From contig OX597830.1 in assembly GCA_951406725.2 (NCBI GenBank), positions 57,536,001-57,600,000 on the forward strand: a stretch of DNA of 64,000 nucleotides, given 5' to 3'. Of the stretch, positions 12,150 to 25,043 are shown piece after piece (the stretch's first letter is position 1; each line of letters opens with the position of its first letter). Below the pieces are notes generated by a model, which searched no databases, was not told the origin of the DNA, and saw only the letters and a list, made by a program, of their open reading frames with translations. This stretch comes from Octopus vulgaris (taxonomy: Eukaryota). A program made the position numbers and the translations under genes.

Positions 12150-13936
12150 AATTCTTCTAAGTTCTTTTTCTCTTATTTACTCTGCTAAACTTTCACTGAG
12201 TGTTCACTTTTATATTTTATTCCTTCATGGTTGAAGAAATATCCTGAATTGCTTTTGAAACCATCAAACTATTTGACAGCCTCCAGCTTCAATTCCTGCC
12301 TAACATATTAATGGCCTTCAGCCAATTGTTAAACAACAATTACTATTCAATTTTTTAAAGTATGATTTTTTTTTTAAATACCTCCATGAGTTTTAAACAA
12401 ATAACAGTTTTTTAAAAATCCATGAATTGAATTTAAAACTAAATTTTTTTCTTTGTTTTTCTCTCTAGATATTTTTTTATTTTAATTATTTGATGATTTG
12501 GAAAATTATTTAAATATTTTCATTAACCTTTTTTCATCTTCATTTTCTCCCTCCCCCTTGTCTTTTCTCCCCCTCTTTCTCTTTCTCCCTACTTTTCTTC
12601 CTTTGTGCTTCTTATAATATTTAGAAAATTATAGAGATAAAATATACAAACATTATAGTAAAACTATGTATTCCCCCCGTAAATTCTATCATAAAACCAC
12701 ACACACACTCACAAACATAAATACCATCATAGAAACCCTGGTAGTTAAAGTAAGGTATTGACCAGCTGAGACAGGGCTGTGGATATTAAGTTTAACATAA
12801 AAGTAAATGGGTCCTTCATCAGTTTGGACAATGATCATTAATCCAGTTATGCACTTGCATCGTTAACCAAATTCTCAGGCAAAATCAGTGTGACACTGTG
12901 TGTAAGAAAGTTGGCCCTTTATATTAAGGGTCCACTCCATCCAACAGGCTCCCACAGTTTTCATTTACCTACTTTCACTTAAGAAGGCCTGAGTCAACCT
13001 GAGACTTGCCCAAATAGTACAGAGTGGGATTGAACCTGAGACCTCGTTGTTATCAAGTCAACTTCTTAATCCCTTGTATGTGTTTACGTTTGTTGTTAAA
13101 TCGAGTATTGTGTCCCACTGTCTCAAACTTAGCAGTTCATCAAGCAGAGGCCTATAAAATAAATGCCAGATTGAAATACGTACTGAGGTTAGTATGATCA
13201 ATTAAATTTTTGAAGGTGATACCCCATCATGAGGACATTCAAAATACTAAACCCAGTAAAATAATGTTTAAAGACTTAATGGCTTCAAATTTAAGGTAAT
13301 GGATTACTAACCACAAGATAATGAGTTGAAAACTTTATACTGAACTTCCACTCTATACGATAAACACTATTTGTACATCTCAGTCTACTTGACTTCCAAC
13401 AATTAGCAATTGTAGTTTGAAGTTGAATGGTAAGCAGTCAGAAAGATGTCCAGATTTCTTTAAAAATTATTCTGAAGCAAAATATTCTGAGAAAAAGTAA
13501 TTTTTGTCACCACAACAAAACACACACACACACACACACACGCAGGTATGTCTCAGGCAGAGTTGCCTTCCTTAGCTACAAACCTCAAAATTGTGCGACC
13601 TGACCTTGTTTTTGAGGTTATTTTTGTAGTAAAAAAGAAGTGTTGTGCAAAAAACAAACTTTATTTGGTAGTCAAATCTTTTGATACCTCATACATCAAA
13701 ATCAGCAACTCAGTTCTTGAATCCATAAGGAACATATGCAGACACACAGACACACATACAAACTCTGTTTTATATATTAAGATAACGTCACCATTTTGAG
13801 TTAAATGGATTAGACACAGATGTTTCATAGATTTCATATTCTTTCAAGCCCCTCCAGCCTCTGCTTCATGTCTGGATCTCTTTCAATTCAAAAGTCCAGA
13901 AAAGTGACTGAAGCAAATAATATTGCAACTAACTCC

Positions 13937-14164
13937 TTAAACTTTTCATTACTGTATTTATTTTGAGAAGCTTTGTGTTTCTTTCAATTACTTTAAATAT
14001 AACAAAGAATTTAGTAAAATAACTTAGTTATCATTAAGCTAGTGTTAAGAACATAAATTGTGACTAAGGTTTGGTGGAAGATTTTAATTCAAAACTTATG
14101 AAAACAAGACATTTGTACTCGGAGCCAGAAGTGGTTTCAGCCAGGTTGGTAATGAAAGGGTTAA
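13937..14164. mobile_element. TTAA-flanked MITE, family A
   Basis: Terminal inverted repeats ttaaacttttcattac...gtaatgaaagggttaa. Confidence 0.7.
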
Positions 14165-14384
14165 ACTTTTACCATCTTATGTTGACTCATCTCAACCCAA
14201 ACATTACAAGTTATACCTTGTTATATTGCTTCATGGCCCAAAATATAGAAATACACAACTGAATACTCTCTCTTTCTCTCTCTACTACAAAATTTACTTT
14301 TATCAGCTTCTGGATAATATTCTTTTAAATATCTCTAACATTGTAATGATGCTTTATCATCACCTTTTATTTTTTATCTTAAGT

Positions 14385-14536
14385 TTCTCTTGTGTCTGGG
14401 GAGAGACATTCTCTTTTGGTGCCTTATAATTTAACATACGCACCAGTATAAAAAAGAAATAAGTGGAAATTTTACAGGTGAGTGTGTTGAATAATAAGGC
14501 ACCAAAAGAGAATGACTCTTCCCAGACACAACAGAA
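14385..14536. repeat. Long inverted repeat (about 60-65 bp arms), probable hairpin MITE
   Basis: tgtgtctgggagagacattctcttttggtgccttat...ataaggcaccaaaagagaatgactcttcccagacaca. Confidence 0.85.
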
Positions 14537-16060
14537 TATGCTTCTACACACAAACTCACATACAGAATCTTGCAAATGAAATCCAAAAACGAAATTAAGT
14601 TTCTTTCTCATCCCAAAAATTCAAGTGAAACCTTTAAATAGTTTCACAAGAAACCATTACGGTTTAGCACACCTTCTGAGAATTTCAGCAAAAATAAACT
14701 TTTATCAGAAATCATCCCCTCTTTATCTGAAATATGATTCCTACAATGTTCAATTTAACTTAACAAAATGGCACTATAAGAGTTGTGATAAGTAGTAGGT
14801 ACTTCAAGACTAGATATGCTACATAAATTTATTGTACGGTTATATATTTCACTTCTTAGAATTACACAAGACTACTCTGGATAACAGTTGCTATAAGACG
14901 GATATTATATAATACTTTTAAGTTGGCATATACAACTTAACATAAATCTTAAGTTGTATAGTCACCTGGCCTTTTTTTATTTTATTACAACTACCTTCAG
15001 ATAACATCACTATTCATGTTTTAATCTAAATAAATGTTGTCCCATTTGCTTTCTGCCTTCTTTCTCTCCTCATTCCTTCCTCTTCATTGTCTTCCTTCTT
15101 TTCTTTTCCAGCTAATTTGTTGGAAATACTAAGGAACTCACATTTTTATCATAGATATTTTCATTGGAAATTATAGTCTAGGTTTTTTTGGGTTTTTTTT
15201 TTCCTTTGCTTATATCTTGCATTTGGAAAGTTGTTATATTGATACCTTTTGCATTAAAGATAAAAGAAAAACAAAACCAATAATCACAGATGCCATCTGT
15301 GTTGTGCGATAAATTCTGTTTATAAGCTAATATTACTAAATGTTTAAAAGCCCTGAAGAAAGAAATATACCAAGAATTGGATGTACCAAATCTCTAAAAA
15401 AGACCAAGGAAAGACAGGACATGTCACTCTGGTCTCACTTCAGAGACAAACTCAATGACATTTATAAATAAAATTACAACTACAACACTTATAAATTCAG
15501 ATGAAGTGAAAAACCTACGAAAGACATCACTAGATGCCTGCTACACTCTACAATATAAAACTCTGAAAGCACCTCAAAAAATAACTTTACCAACAAATGT
15601 GATGCTGTGTATATATTTCCAAACCACTGCAGCAGTTCCCTGCACAACAGAGTGATGTTAATTATAATACAAATAAATGAAGCAGGATTCAATTAATCCA
15701 TTTCTAAGTTGATTTATGTTGAAATCCAGGACCTTGCATTGGAACTGGAAGGTGAAATGAAAACAACAGAAAGGGAAAAAAATGAAAAAAATAACCCAAC
15801 AAATTTTCATGTTCACCTTATTCTTTAGTTTTATTATCAAATATTGTTAGTATCAGTTTATTTTTACTGTTTTCTTTTTTTTTTCTGTAGGATAATTAAA
15901 AGTTATGAAAACTTAATTACATTAGTTTTCTTGTAATTAGAATAATATAAATCATTAAATAGAAAATAAAAGTTATTAGATAGGAAAAAAAATCAATTCT
16001 AATGTTTTGAAAATATGATTAAATTTTGTCTATTGTTTTGTCTTCCATTGTTCATTCCAG

Positions 16061-16238
16061 ACATTATTCTATACCAAATATTCCTGAAATACCTGGACTC
16101 AAGCAGTTTGAAGGATCTTTTCTACACAGTCATGATTATAGGGTCCCTGAAGTTTTCAAGGGAAAAACAGTTCTTTGTCTTGGAGGCGGAGCTTCTGGCA
16201 TTGATATAGCAATGGACCTCACCAGTCAGGCAAAAAAG
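16061..16238 (+). CDS. FMO: Flavin-containing monooxygenase, internal coding exon (178 nt) with the FMO fingerprint and NADPH-binding motif
   Basis: Acceptor ttccag|, peptide HYSIPNIPEIPGLKQFEGSFLHSHDYRVPEVFKGKTVLCLGGGASGIDIAMDLTSQAKK, donor |gttggc. Contains FxGxxxHxxxY and GxGxxG. Confidence 0.95.
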
Positions 16239-16356
16239 GTTGGCATGGAATTGTTTTTTTTTTATATTTATATAATTGTAGCAAGACATAAACCTGAAAT
16301 GACTTGTCAGAAGGAAATTTTGCCTGTAATATAGTAGCTGAGTCAGTTGGATATTC

Positions 16357-16453
<97 letters not shown>

Positions 16454-17299
16454 AAAGAAAGAAAATAGAGAATTATGGATGTTTAAACAATTTATTTGTA
16501 TGATATAAAAATGTTGAAATTCTTTTATAAAAACAATAGAAATAAATTATAAGTCGTAAAGCTCTAAAAGAAAAGGCAGATACCAAAAAGATGGATATTT
16601 GTTTTGATTCCTGCCCCCAGATGATACGTAATTCTAAGCATTTGGTTATATGCTAAGAATTGGTATCATTTTCAGCTATATGGGGCAGAATCTCATGGAA
16701 CAAAGGTTAACATATTTCTTGAAGGGATGCAGACAAATTACTCAACTTCTTTCAGTAAAACCCTTTAAGGCACTGCTCCAGCTCTGTTGGTCCATTGCGT
16801 ATTTTGAGTGAGATTGGGGGTTAAGTTGGGGGTTTTTACTTCCATTTTCTAGCAAGCTGGTGCTTCGTGTACCCTCTGATATAATTAGGAATTTATTCTA
16901 TAGCTGTTTGACCCTTTTATTACTGTATTTATTTCGAGATGTATATAATTTCTATACATAAATATTTTAAGTTCTTGACACAAGGGACATAACTCTATTT
17001 CATTTCCTAAGAAAATTCACTCTGAATCTCTTCCATGATTTAAACTTTCCTCGTTCGTCCCTTACTATATTTTTGTATATATCCTTACTGCGTGAGCGCA
17101 TACGTACACATTAATATGTATGCAGATACAGATAGATGCGAATAGACTTACACATTTATATTCTTACCTGTGTATCTCCCATCGTCAACGTATGAGGATC
17201 CGACAACCTATACTTTATTTGACAGTCATAATACTTATGTCGAATGTGCCATTTAAGTCGCCCCAACGATTTGCAAAGAAGCAAGCAGATGCTGCAAGT

Positions 17300-17500
17300 A
17301 TGAGGATTATGGGGCCACAACCGCTTCTCTTCTTTGCCTGGTTGAGAGAAAGTCTCTTATACCATTTCGATGGCTGCAAGGTGCTGTGGTCTATATTGAC
17401 TGCTGAGATGTTACTCTTCGTCTTCTCCTCATATCTGAGCCCTGATCGACCAACATTCCTCGTCACACGCATGTCTGCCAACAATCATCTTCATGTGCAA
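17300..17500 (-). mobile_element. Degenerate LINE (RTE-like) C-terminal remnant
   Basis: RNVGRSGLRYEEKTKSNISAVNID resembles the R..GRP.LRY.D..K motif of RTE C-termini. Confidence 0.35.
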
Positions 17501-17988
17501 ATATATAAAACTAGTGAATTAATCCTGTAACGGTTTCATATTCTTCTCGCTTATATATGAAACATGACTCTTGCTAGCTTCTCTAGGCACCAGGGGTGGG
17601 GCAAAGGTTACCCAAGTCGGAAAAAATTCCATGGAAAGTTGAAATCTTTGTTTCTGATTATGACTTTGTAAACCAACAAACAAAAAGAAAAAGAAACGAT
17701 CTCCACCAGCAGACATCATTTAAAAAGGCTTCAATTGGTTTCACTTTCGATATTGAATAGTTTTGGTTTTTGTCCCGTGATCAGCAAGCATCTTCGTATT
17801 GCAGTATTTACAGAACAAATATATTCAATAATGAAAGTAAATGGCTGGCTACCTTGGTCTGTAATATTTAACATTCAATTACATTTAGTAATTCCTGCTT
17901 GGCAGATTATGAAAGAAAGTATTTGTTGGAATAATTAATGTCTTTTGTTTTTAAGAAAATTACTTTTAAGTATTACATAATGTTAATT

Positions 17989-18686
17989 GGGGATCTCTTT
18001 GGTTTGGCTGCCAAATTTTGAAATTTCAAAGTTTATTGAAAGCTTTAAAATTTGATACATTAATGTAGTTTTGCAAGCTGAATCTCAGGAGCTATTTCAC
18101 TTTGTCCTGAAGAATTTTTTTAAAAACAATATAGAGGTTTAAAGTCAGAAAACAGGATTTGGAAGCTGTCATTTTGTGTGTAACAGAACGTCTTGCCAAC
18201 TGCAAGCAAATCAAATTCTGCTTTAGGCACACCATATAACCCCCTCATCACGATTCTATTTTTTGGTATTTTCAAAAAATCTTTGTGAATTTGTATTTTA
18301 CACATGAGAATTCATGTGATTATCCCAAGATATAACAGAAAGTTATTTTGGTGCATGATTTAAGGCCTATTTGGCTGTTATTTTTAGCACATCTGACGAC
18401 CACCTCAGTGAGTGGAAAATATTAGTCAACACGTGCTTTATTGCAGACAGAAAAGTTCTCATGCTTGGCTTCTTACTATGGAAACAGACATGAATGTGTC
18501 TGTAGCTTATAATTGGCTAAAATTATCCAAAATTTGAAAAATTTTAAAAGCTAAAACCTTGTTATTTATTGAATGAATTTCAAAGTTGTGATTAGCATAT
18601 AAAACCATATCATTAGACCAAATATAAAATCAATTTGAGCAGAAATTGAAGAGATTGAAAATTGGCAACCAAACAGAAAAGTTCTC
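17989..18686. mobile_element. Non-autonomous DNA transposon with about 28-bp imperfect TIRs
   Basis: ggggatctctttggtttggctgccaaatt...aaattggcaaccaaacagaaaagttctc. Confidence 0.5.
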
Positions 18687-19131
18687 TAGTTAGTCTACTC
18701 TATGAATGTCTTTAAAAATAAGCATCACTGAAAATTTATTTTAAAATTGTTGTAAAAATGTCCTTCTTCAAAAGAATTAACCATTCTTATAGCTAGAATG
18801 GTTTACAGTAAGTTGTGCAATTTCAATTAGTCTCTTCTGTAGTTGTGTGAGAAACTTCAATCCTGGAACAAGCTATTCACTATTTATAGAACTATTTGCC
18901 TTCTTATGAATGAGTCTCTTAATGTAAAGATGTGTCATTCTAAATCGTTTATATGGCCATAACTATCCTTAATTTAATTTATATACTTAAATAGGGGTTA
19001 ATATTAAGGTCATGCATAGAGAACAATTTCTGTGCAATGTCTAACATGGTAATCTGCTTGAGACCCGTTACAAGTGCCTTTCTGATTGTTGCCTACATTT
19101 ATACAAATTAATTTCATTTAATTTGTTTCAG

Positions 19132-19758
19132 GTATTTCTCAGCCATCGTGGTAAGCAAATAACCAGCCCATTGCCAGAAAACCTTGAAGAAACTGTCGAA
19201 ATAAAAAGTTTTTCTGAAAATTTTGTGAATCTCAAAGATGGCCGTGATTTAGAAGTTGACACAGTAATTTTCTGTACCGGATACAAATATGATTTTCCTT
19301 TCCTCACTAAAGAATGTAACCTGAATATAACTGATGGACGAGTTTACCCACTGTTTAAACATATTGTTCATGCTAAACATCCCTCACTCAATTTCATTGG
19401 TGTCACAAAGAAAGTTTGTCCTTTTCCAACATTCCATTGTCAAGTGCAGTTTATGATGGCCAATTTGGATGGTTCAATGAAACTACCTTCTTATGAAGAA
19501 ATGCTTCAAGACATAGAGAAAGATTATGAGACAAGACGGAATGAGGGGATGCCTCATCGACATACACATACAATGGTTGGTCGAAAACAATGGGACTACA
19601 ACGATGACATCACTTCAATGGCTGAGACGAGACCAATTTCAAAACAAGTGAGAGATTTGTTTGACAAAATTCACTACACCAGGATCAATAATCTTTTGGA
19701 GTATAAGAAATACAACTATTACTTGAAGAATGACAACTATGTCGGAGTGCAGAACTAG
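19132..19758 (+). CDS. FMO: Flavin-containing monooxygenase, terminal coding exon (627 nt including TAG)
   Basis: Acceptor tttcag|, peptide VFLSHRGK...DTVIFCTGYKYDFPFL...RVYPLFKH...PFPTFHCQ...NYVGVQN*. Contains the FCTGY motif. Confidence 0.95.
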   Translation, partial: VFLSHRGKQITSPLPENLEETVEIKSFSENFVNLKDGRDLEVDTVIFCTGYKYDFPFLTKECNLNITDGRVYPLFKHIVHAKHPSLNFIGVTKKVCPFPTFHCQVQFMMANLDGSMKLPSYEEMLQDIEKDYETRRNEGMPHRHTHTMVGRKQWDYNDDITSMAETRPISKQVRDLFDKIHYTRINNLLEYKKYNYYLKNDNYVGVQN

Positions 19759-20572
19759 ACTGTGTGGCCAGTTTTAGTCACAACAAAATAGAAGAAACTT
19801 GGAAGAATGTCTCAACTTTTCCCCTTCCTTTGCTTTCATTTCAATTTGGGAAAAACTTTCAATATTATTTACTCTTTCATTTCTATGTCCTGTATTCCAC
19901 TGTAGCTTGCAGCAACTCAAGCCTGAATATTAAGAGATTAATTTTAATCACAAGTATAATAACCACATATTTGATGATTAAATTTCACTGAGTATCTCTG
20001 AATAAGCATGTCTTTTGAAAACCAACTTTATTAAGCAGCATCTTGAAGAACCTCCATTAATGTTATCAACATTCATCTTGGAAAATGTCTTGAAATATTT
20101 TTCTTCTTCTCTTAAACCATCGGCAGTTTGTTATATTTATGCAGTCAGGATAAGCAACAAATTTCTTTTTCATTCAAGTTTACTGATTTTTAAAAAATCT
20201 TCTTAACATAATTAGAGAAAATTGAAACTACCTTCATTTTACTGTTGCCCTTTTTGGGGTCAGATATGGAGAAAGCTGAAGGGTAAACTGTGTGTGGTTT
20301 CTGGCTGTATACCAATGCATATCCCTCTCCTTGATTCAGGTTAAAAAAATCAATTTGAATAAATGTGGTGAATGTTGTAATGTAGAGAAGTGGGCTCCCT
20401 TGAGGACCTTGGTAGAGTTAAGTCCTCAGGGATCTAAGTCAATGATCCTTTTATTTCATGTAGACCACTAAAGCTAAACTTGATCCCTTTCTTTTAGGAA
20501 TATTAAACAGGGGTTCATTTCTTATAAATCCTCATCAATTCAATTATATATATCATTCTTTAACAAGAACAG

Positions 20573-20650
20573 TATTGACAGTAACTTTGAAGTTTTGGCC
20601 AGTTGAGCCATCATCAGAAGCAGGCAGAAACTTCAAAGACACTGTCGATA
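20573..20650 (-). other. Degenerate minimal hammerhead-like motif inside an inverted repeat (Penelope pLTR-like)
   Basis: The minus strand reads CTGATGA-T-GGCT-caact-GGCC-AAAA-CTTCAAAG-TT. It lies within 24-nt inverted arms matching at 20 of 24 positions. Confidence 0.45.
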
Positions 20651-21658
20651 TTATTCTTATTAAGGAATAATTATTTTGTATTCTGCCAAATGTATTGAGT
20701 AAGATTTCAGTTTAAGACTTGGATGTGGCCCTTAGAGTGTAAGGCATTAAGGGCCAAAACACTTGGCTGGGTGGGGTTCCTTTTCTGAAGACCTTCTGCT
20801 GTTTAGTTCTCTTGAGGATTTCTTACCACTATGTGTGTGTGTGTGTGTGTGTGTGTGTATGCATGTCCCCGGAATACATTAGCATTACCGGTGATATAAA
20901 TACAGCTCTGGGCTTGCCAGAATCAGTAGAGCAACACCAAACAAATTTTTTTGTGGTATTAATTTATATTTCTTTACGTTCTGACTTCAAAATCTCCTGG
21001 AACCAACTTCATATTTTCAAACATCTTATTTCATGTATAAACATTCCCTATCATTTCAAGTTTTACTATTTTCCCCCAAAATAAAAATATTACTTAAAGT
21101 GAATTTTGTGTTTGTTTCTTTTCTTTATAATTAAGAAGTTTTAGTTCAGAGGCTTCGAAGAGCTTTTCAGTAACGTTATTACAAGAATTTGGGCCACTTT
21201 TTCTGGTGTGTGGCTCTCAGATCAAATCTTTTCAACCTCACAGCCACTTGCATGCATGAAGTCTATCTCAAACATCCAGACTCATCAAGCTGGAGCATCT
21301 TGTCCTGGTCTATGTGGCATTTAAACAATGGAGAATACAAGTAACCTGAAATGAGGCATGTTATGAGGGGATTCTTAGAGAAGAATCCCCTTTTAAACAC
21401 ACTTATAGAGAGATCTTACAAATGTAAACTCTGGCAGAAACATACATTTTACTCATATAAGTGATTTCGCCAGTCTTTATAGTTTGAACAATTAGTTTAA
21501 CTTGCACTTCACTTCAATAAAGAAATCTTTTCCTAAGCCTTTGAACATTCTTTTAATCAATCTATTTGTTCCCTACTTATCATTCCTTTAACCCTTCTCT
21601 TCCTACTATCTGCCTTTGACATCAATCTACTAACGGTTTTTTTAAATACCTAATAACG

Positions 21659-21841
21659 TTATTTATCATGTAGGCAGTCATCGCAATTGTTATAATGTCT
21701 AGTTGTTGAAAGAGGCTCTCTTTCTTTCCTGATAAGAAGATTGCATCTTACACTGTTTATTCCTTTGGAATAAGACCATGTTATTTTCGAAACATATGTC
21801 GAAAGTAAAGGAATCTTATTAACATCTTCGTTCAACTCCAT
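21659..21841 (-). mobile_element. Possible degenerate Penelope-like C-terminal remnant
   Basis: ITWSYSKGINSVRCNLLIRKE...CLHDK resembles the PLE I.W.I...Y..G...CNLC..EK...C.H..K tail. Confidence 0.45.
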
Positions 21842-21909
21842 TTATTTATTTATTCATATATATATATATATATATATGTATGTAGGTAGGTATATGTATG
21901 TGTGTGTAT

Positions 21910-22121
21910 ATGTTTGTGTCTGTGTTTGTCCCCCCAACATCGCTTGACAACCGATGCTGGTGTGTTTACATCCTTGTAACTTAGCAGTTTGGCAAAAGAG
22001 ACCAATAGAATAAGTACCAGGCTTACAAAGCATAAGTGCTGGGGTCAATTTGCTCGACTAAAGGCGGTACTCCAGCATGGCCACAGTCAAATGCCTGAAA
22101 CAAAAGTAAAAGAATAAAAGA
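21910..22121 (+). mobile_element. SINE 3' half following an AT/GT microsatellite
   Basis: cgcttgacaaccgatgctggtg...gtaacttagc...ataagtaccagg...ccagcatggccacagtc...taaaagaataaaaga; homologous to 3680-3830 on minus. Confidence 0.7.
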
Positions 22122-24115
22122 GGAATTACTGAACAAAGTGTTACAGAGAAACAGTAAATGGAACGAGTCAACTTGATATCAATTGCAGTTGACATTCCCC
22201 TGAAGACTCTAAGAATGCAATGATTTGTTCGCTGTTACAATTAAATGCTAGAAACAACAGTCAGTTTTGTATCTTATCACCTCCTGTAGTTCACTTTTGT
22301 ATTTACTAAATACAGAGAAAGATTTTACTTGCTTTTCCATGTTTAGTCACACACCCTAGTTACCAATCTCAGTAAAAAGAAAAGATCCTTAAACTCTTGG
22401 AAGGGAAACAAAACCAGAGTGAATTCTCTCTCATCCAACTTTTATCATCCTAAGTATAATTAAACATAGCTGAAGGGTGAATTAATATAAACTTTTAATC
22501 TATTCAATGTGAACCACTGAAGACAATTGACTGCCCTAGGAAATCATCCATATTAAATTCTTCCTATTGTCATTGCTCAGTCTCAAATCTCTCCCAAATC
22601 ACCATTTTGTCATCCAACTCGTTTTATACCAGCCTAAGTCTGAATTAGTGTTTAGAAGTAGAATTAATATCTCATTGTAATCAATATATTGTGACCTATT
22701 CTAAATAATAAGAGTTGATCAAAACCAGTTCAATGTATACCTATAAAGTTACAGACATTAAATGCCTTAATTATATTAAACATTAGTGGAAACAAAGAGG
22801 CTACCTGTTTATTAGTTTAAAAAAAGGGGGGGGTTAGCATTTTATTTGAAATTTATTTAGAAAAAGATAAAATAAGGAAAAGAAGTCTGAGATAATGTAT
22901 TACTATATGCCTCGAGAGAAAAAAAAACAGGATTCTCAAAGCTTAAACACCTTTCATTATAGGTTTGCTTAATCAGGGTGGACTTACATTAAACAAGTCC
23001 ATATTTGAATTTAGTTGACACAAACACAATTCAATTGACCTTATTGATTTCTGTTGCAATTAAAAGACAAGTCCTTAGACGAGCAATGATTCTTCTAATT
23101 AATAGGCAATATAGCAGCCACCAGAAAGTATTTAATGGGCAGTTTTAGCTGGCATTTTTAAAATTCAAAAATGATAAGAAATTTCATTGAAGAAATATTC
23201 CAGTGGACTTTCATGTCACACCTTTGTCGTAAACTTTTTCCCCAAATATTGAATTAACACATCAATAGGTGCAAAATTTAATTTAATAATTCTTTTCTTT
23301 AAATAACTAATTCTTTTGAAACTTAATTAAAAAACATATAATCTGTTATTATTAGAAGTGTAATAAAATGTCTTTCTTATTAATAAGTTACAGGTTAACT
23401 AATGCTGAACATTTCCAGAAAGAATGAAATAGTGATATATATGACCATCACCAACTAAGAATTGTAAGAGCCTTAGAAAAAAAAAAATTAAATATGTGAA
23501 CTCTTGTCTTCTTCCACATATTGCATAATTTCAAATTAAATTTATTCTTTGTATTGAGAGGAGACAGTTACTTCCCTTGTATTAATGGCTATTACCAGAG
23601 GGCACCACATGTGCTATTAAAACGTTTTCCTCAAACAAGTTAACCCACCAATGTGAATAAGATATTGATCCGTAGAAAAACACACAAGATTTACTTTAAA
23701 AAACCTTGGTGTTGTCCTGTAATGGAAAGGATCTCCCCAACTGATGTGAGCCTAGAAAAACATCCACCTTTGCAGTTCTTTTTTCTGACCATTATGTTCA
23801 GATTAAATCTCCAAATGTTATTACTGGCCTTCATTCCTTCTGCCAACTGCCTCTCCCATCACATTGTTTCTATTCTGAAGTCAACAGCCGACTCACCATC
23901 AGTCATTCTTTATTACAGGCCATCATTTTGCTCACTCAGTATTCCTCCTTCCACGCTCACATATCTTCACATCCGTCATTCTCTCTCCTTCCCTCCATTC
24001 CTTTAGAATTCTGTGTTACTTCTACTACTACTACTACTTCCACTTTTATCAATCACAATGTCCCACCACCACCACCACCACCACCACCATGCCACTCACA
24101 CAATTTCTACCAACC

Positions 24116-24281
24116 TCATCATTTAACATCCGTTTTCCATGCTAGCATGGATCGGATGGTTTGACAGGAGCCAAGCCAGGTTCCATTGTCTGCTTTGGCA
24201 TCGTTATTGCAGCTGGATGCTGCCCTTCCTGATGCCAACCACTTTGCAGAGTGTGGACTGGACACTTTTTCTGTGGCACCA
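24116..24281 (-). mobile_element. RTE 3'-terminal fragment
   Basis: catcatttaacatccgttttccatgctagcatgg...gctggatgctgcccttcctgatgccaaccac matches 59845-60020. Confidence 0.75.
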
Positions 24282-24808
24282 CCCAACAATTCTCTGGCAA
24301 CTGCTTTCACTATCTTCTTCTCCCTCATCAATTTCTTCCATCTGCCAAGGTTAATGAATGAATGGAAACATAAGAGAGAGGATTCCTTAGTCTTGTAGCA
24401 GACAAACCAATTCTCTTGGCTTTGTGCCATGATAAAATGCACTCGGTTTACCCACTCATATGGTTGATGAGTGAACAGAGAAGACAAACGACTCAGAGTG
24501 TTGCCGAGATTACGATAACTTGTTTGGTGCTAGAACAAGGGTGTAATTAATATGAACAGCATCCAGCCATATGAAACAGGCCAAGAATGGTAAGTATGAG
24601 GGAGATATGGTCCCTCATAGCACATCCAAGAGAACACGAACCCTAAATTGGAATTGGCTCAGTTTGTGATAACCAGTCCAACCAATGCCAACATAGGAAA
24701 GCAAAAGTGAAGGCATGATGGTGATGCACCCTTGGAAATAGGGGTTTATCATAATTACAAGACATGCCTTAGTGGTACGGGTATTCAGCTTATGTACATT
24801 ATACATAT

Positions 24809-25043
24809 GGGCATATGACGTAGTGGTCTAGAGTGCAGGCTACTAACCCCAAGATTCCGAGTTCGATTCCAAGCAGTAACCTGAATAATAGCAACATTGA
24901 AAAATACCTTAGGAATGAGAATCCAGGTTCGAAATTTTCCCCAAGACACGTAATGAGGGTATACCAGCTGAAATGCATTAAACAAGATGAGAACAAATAT
25001 CTGTCAAATGTAAATAATTCCTCATCTCTTAAATATAGAACTG
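24809..25043 (+). mobile_element. tRNA-derived SINE (hammerhead-bearing family), full-length copy with a decayed ribozyme segment
   Basis: A-box TGACGTAGTGG, B-box GAGTTCGATTCC. The body is shared with 37992-38396 and 40997-41315 and ends in cttaaatatagaactg. Confidence 0.8.

Noticed and set aside
24809-24882. tRNA gene
   Set aside because: A and B boxes are present, but the acceptor and T stems do not pair properly and the sequence continues into a repeated SINE body.
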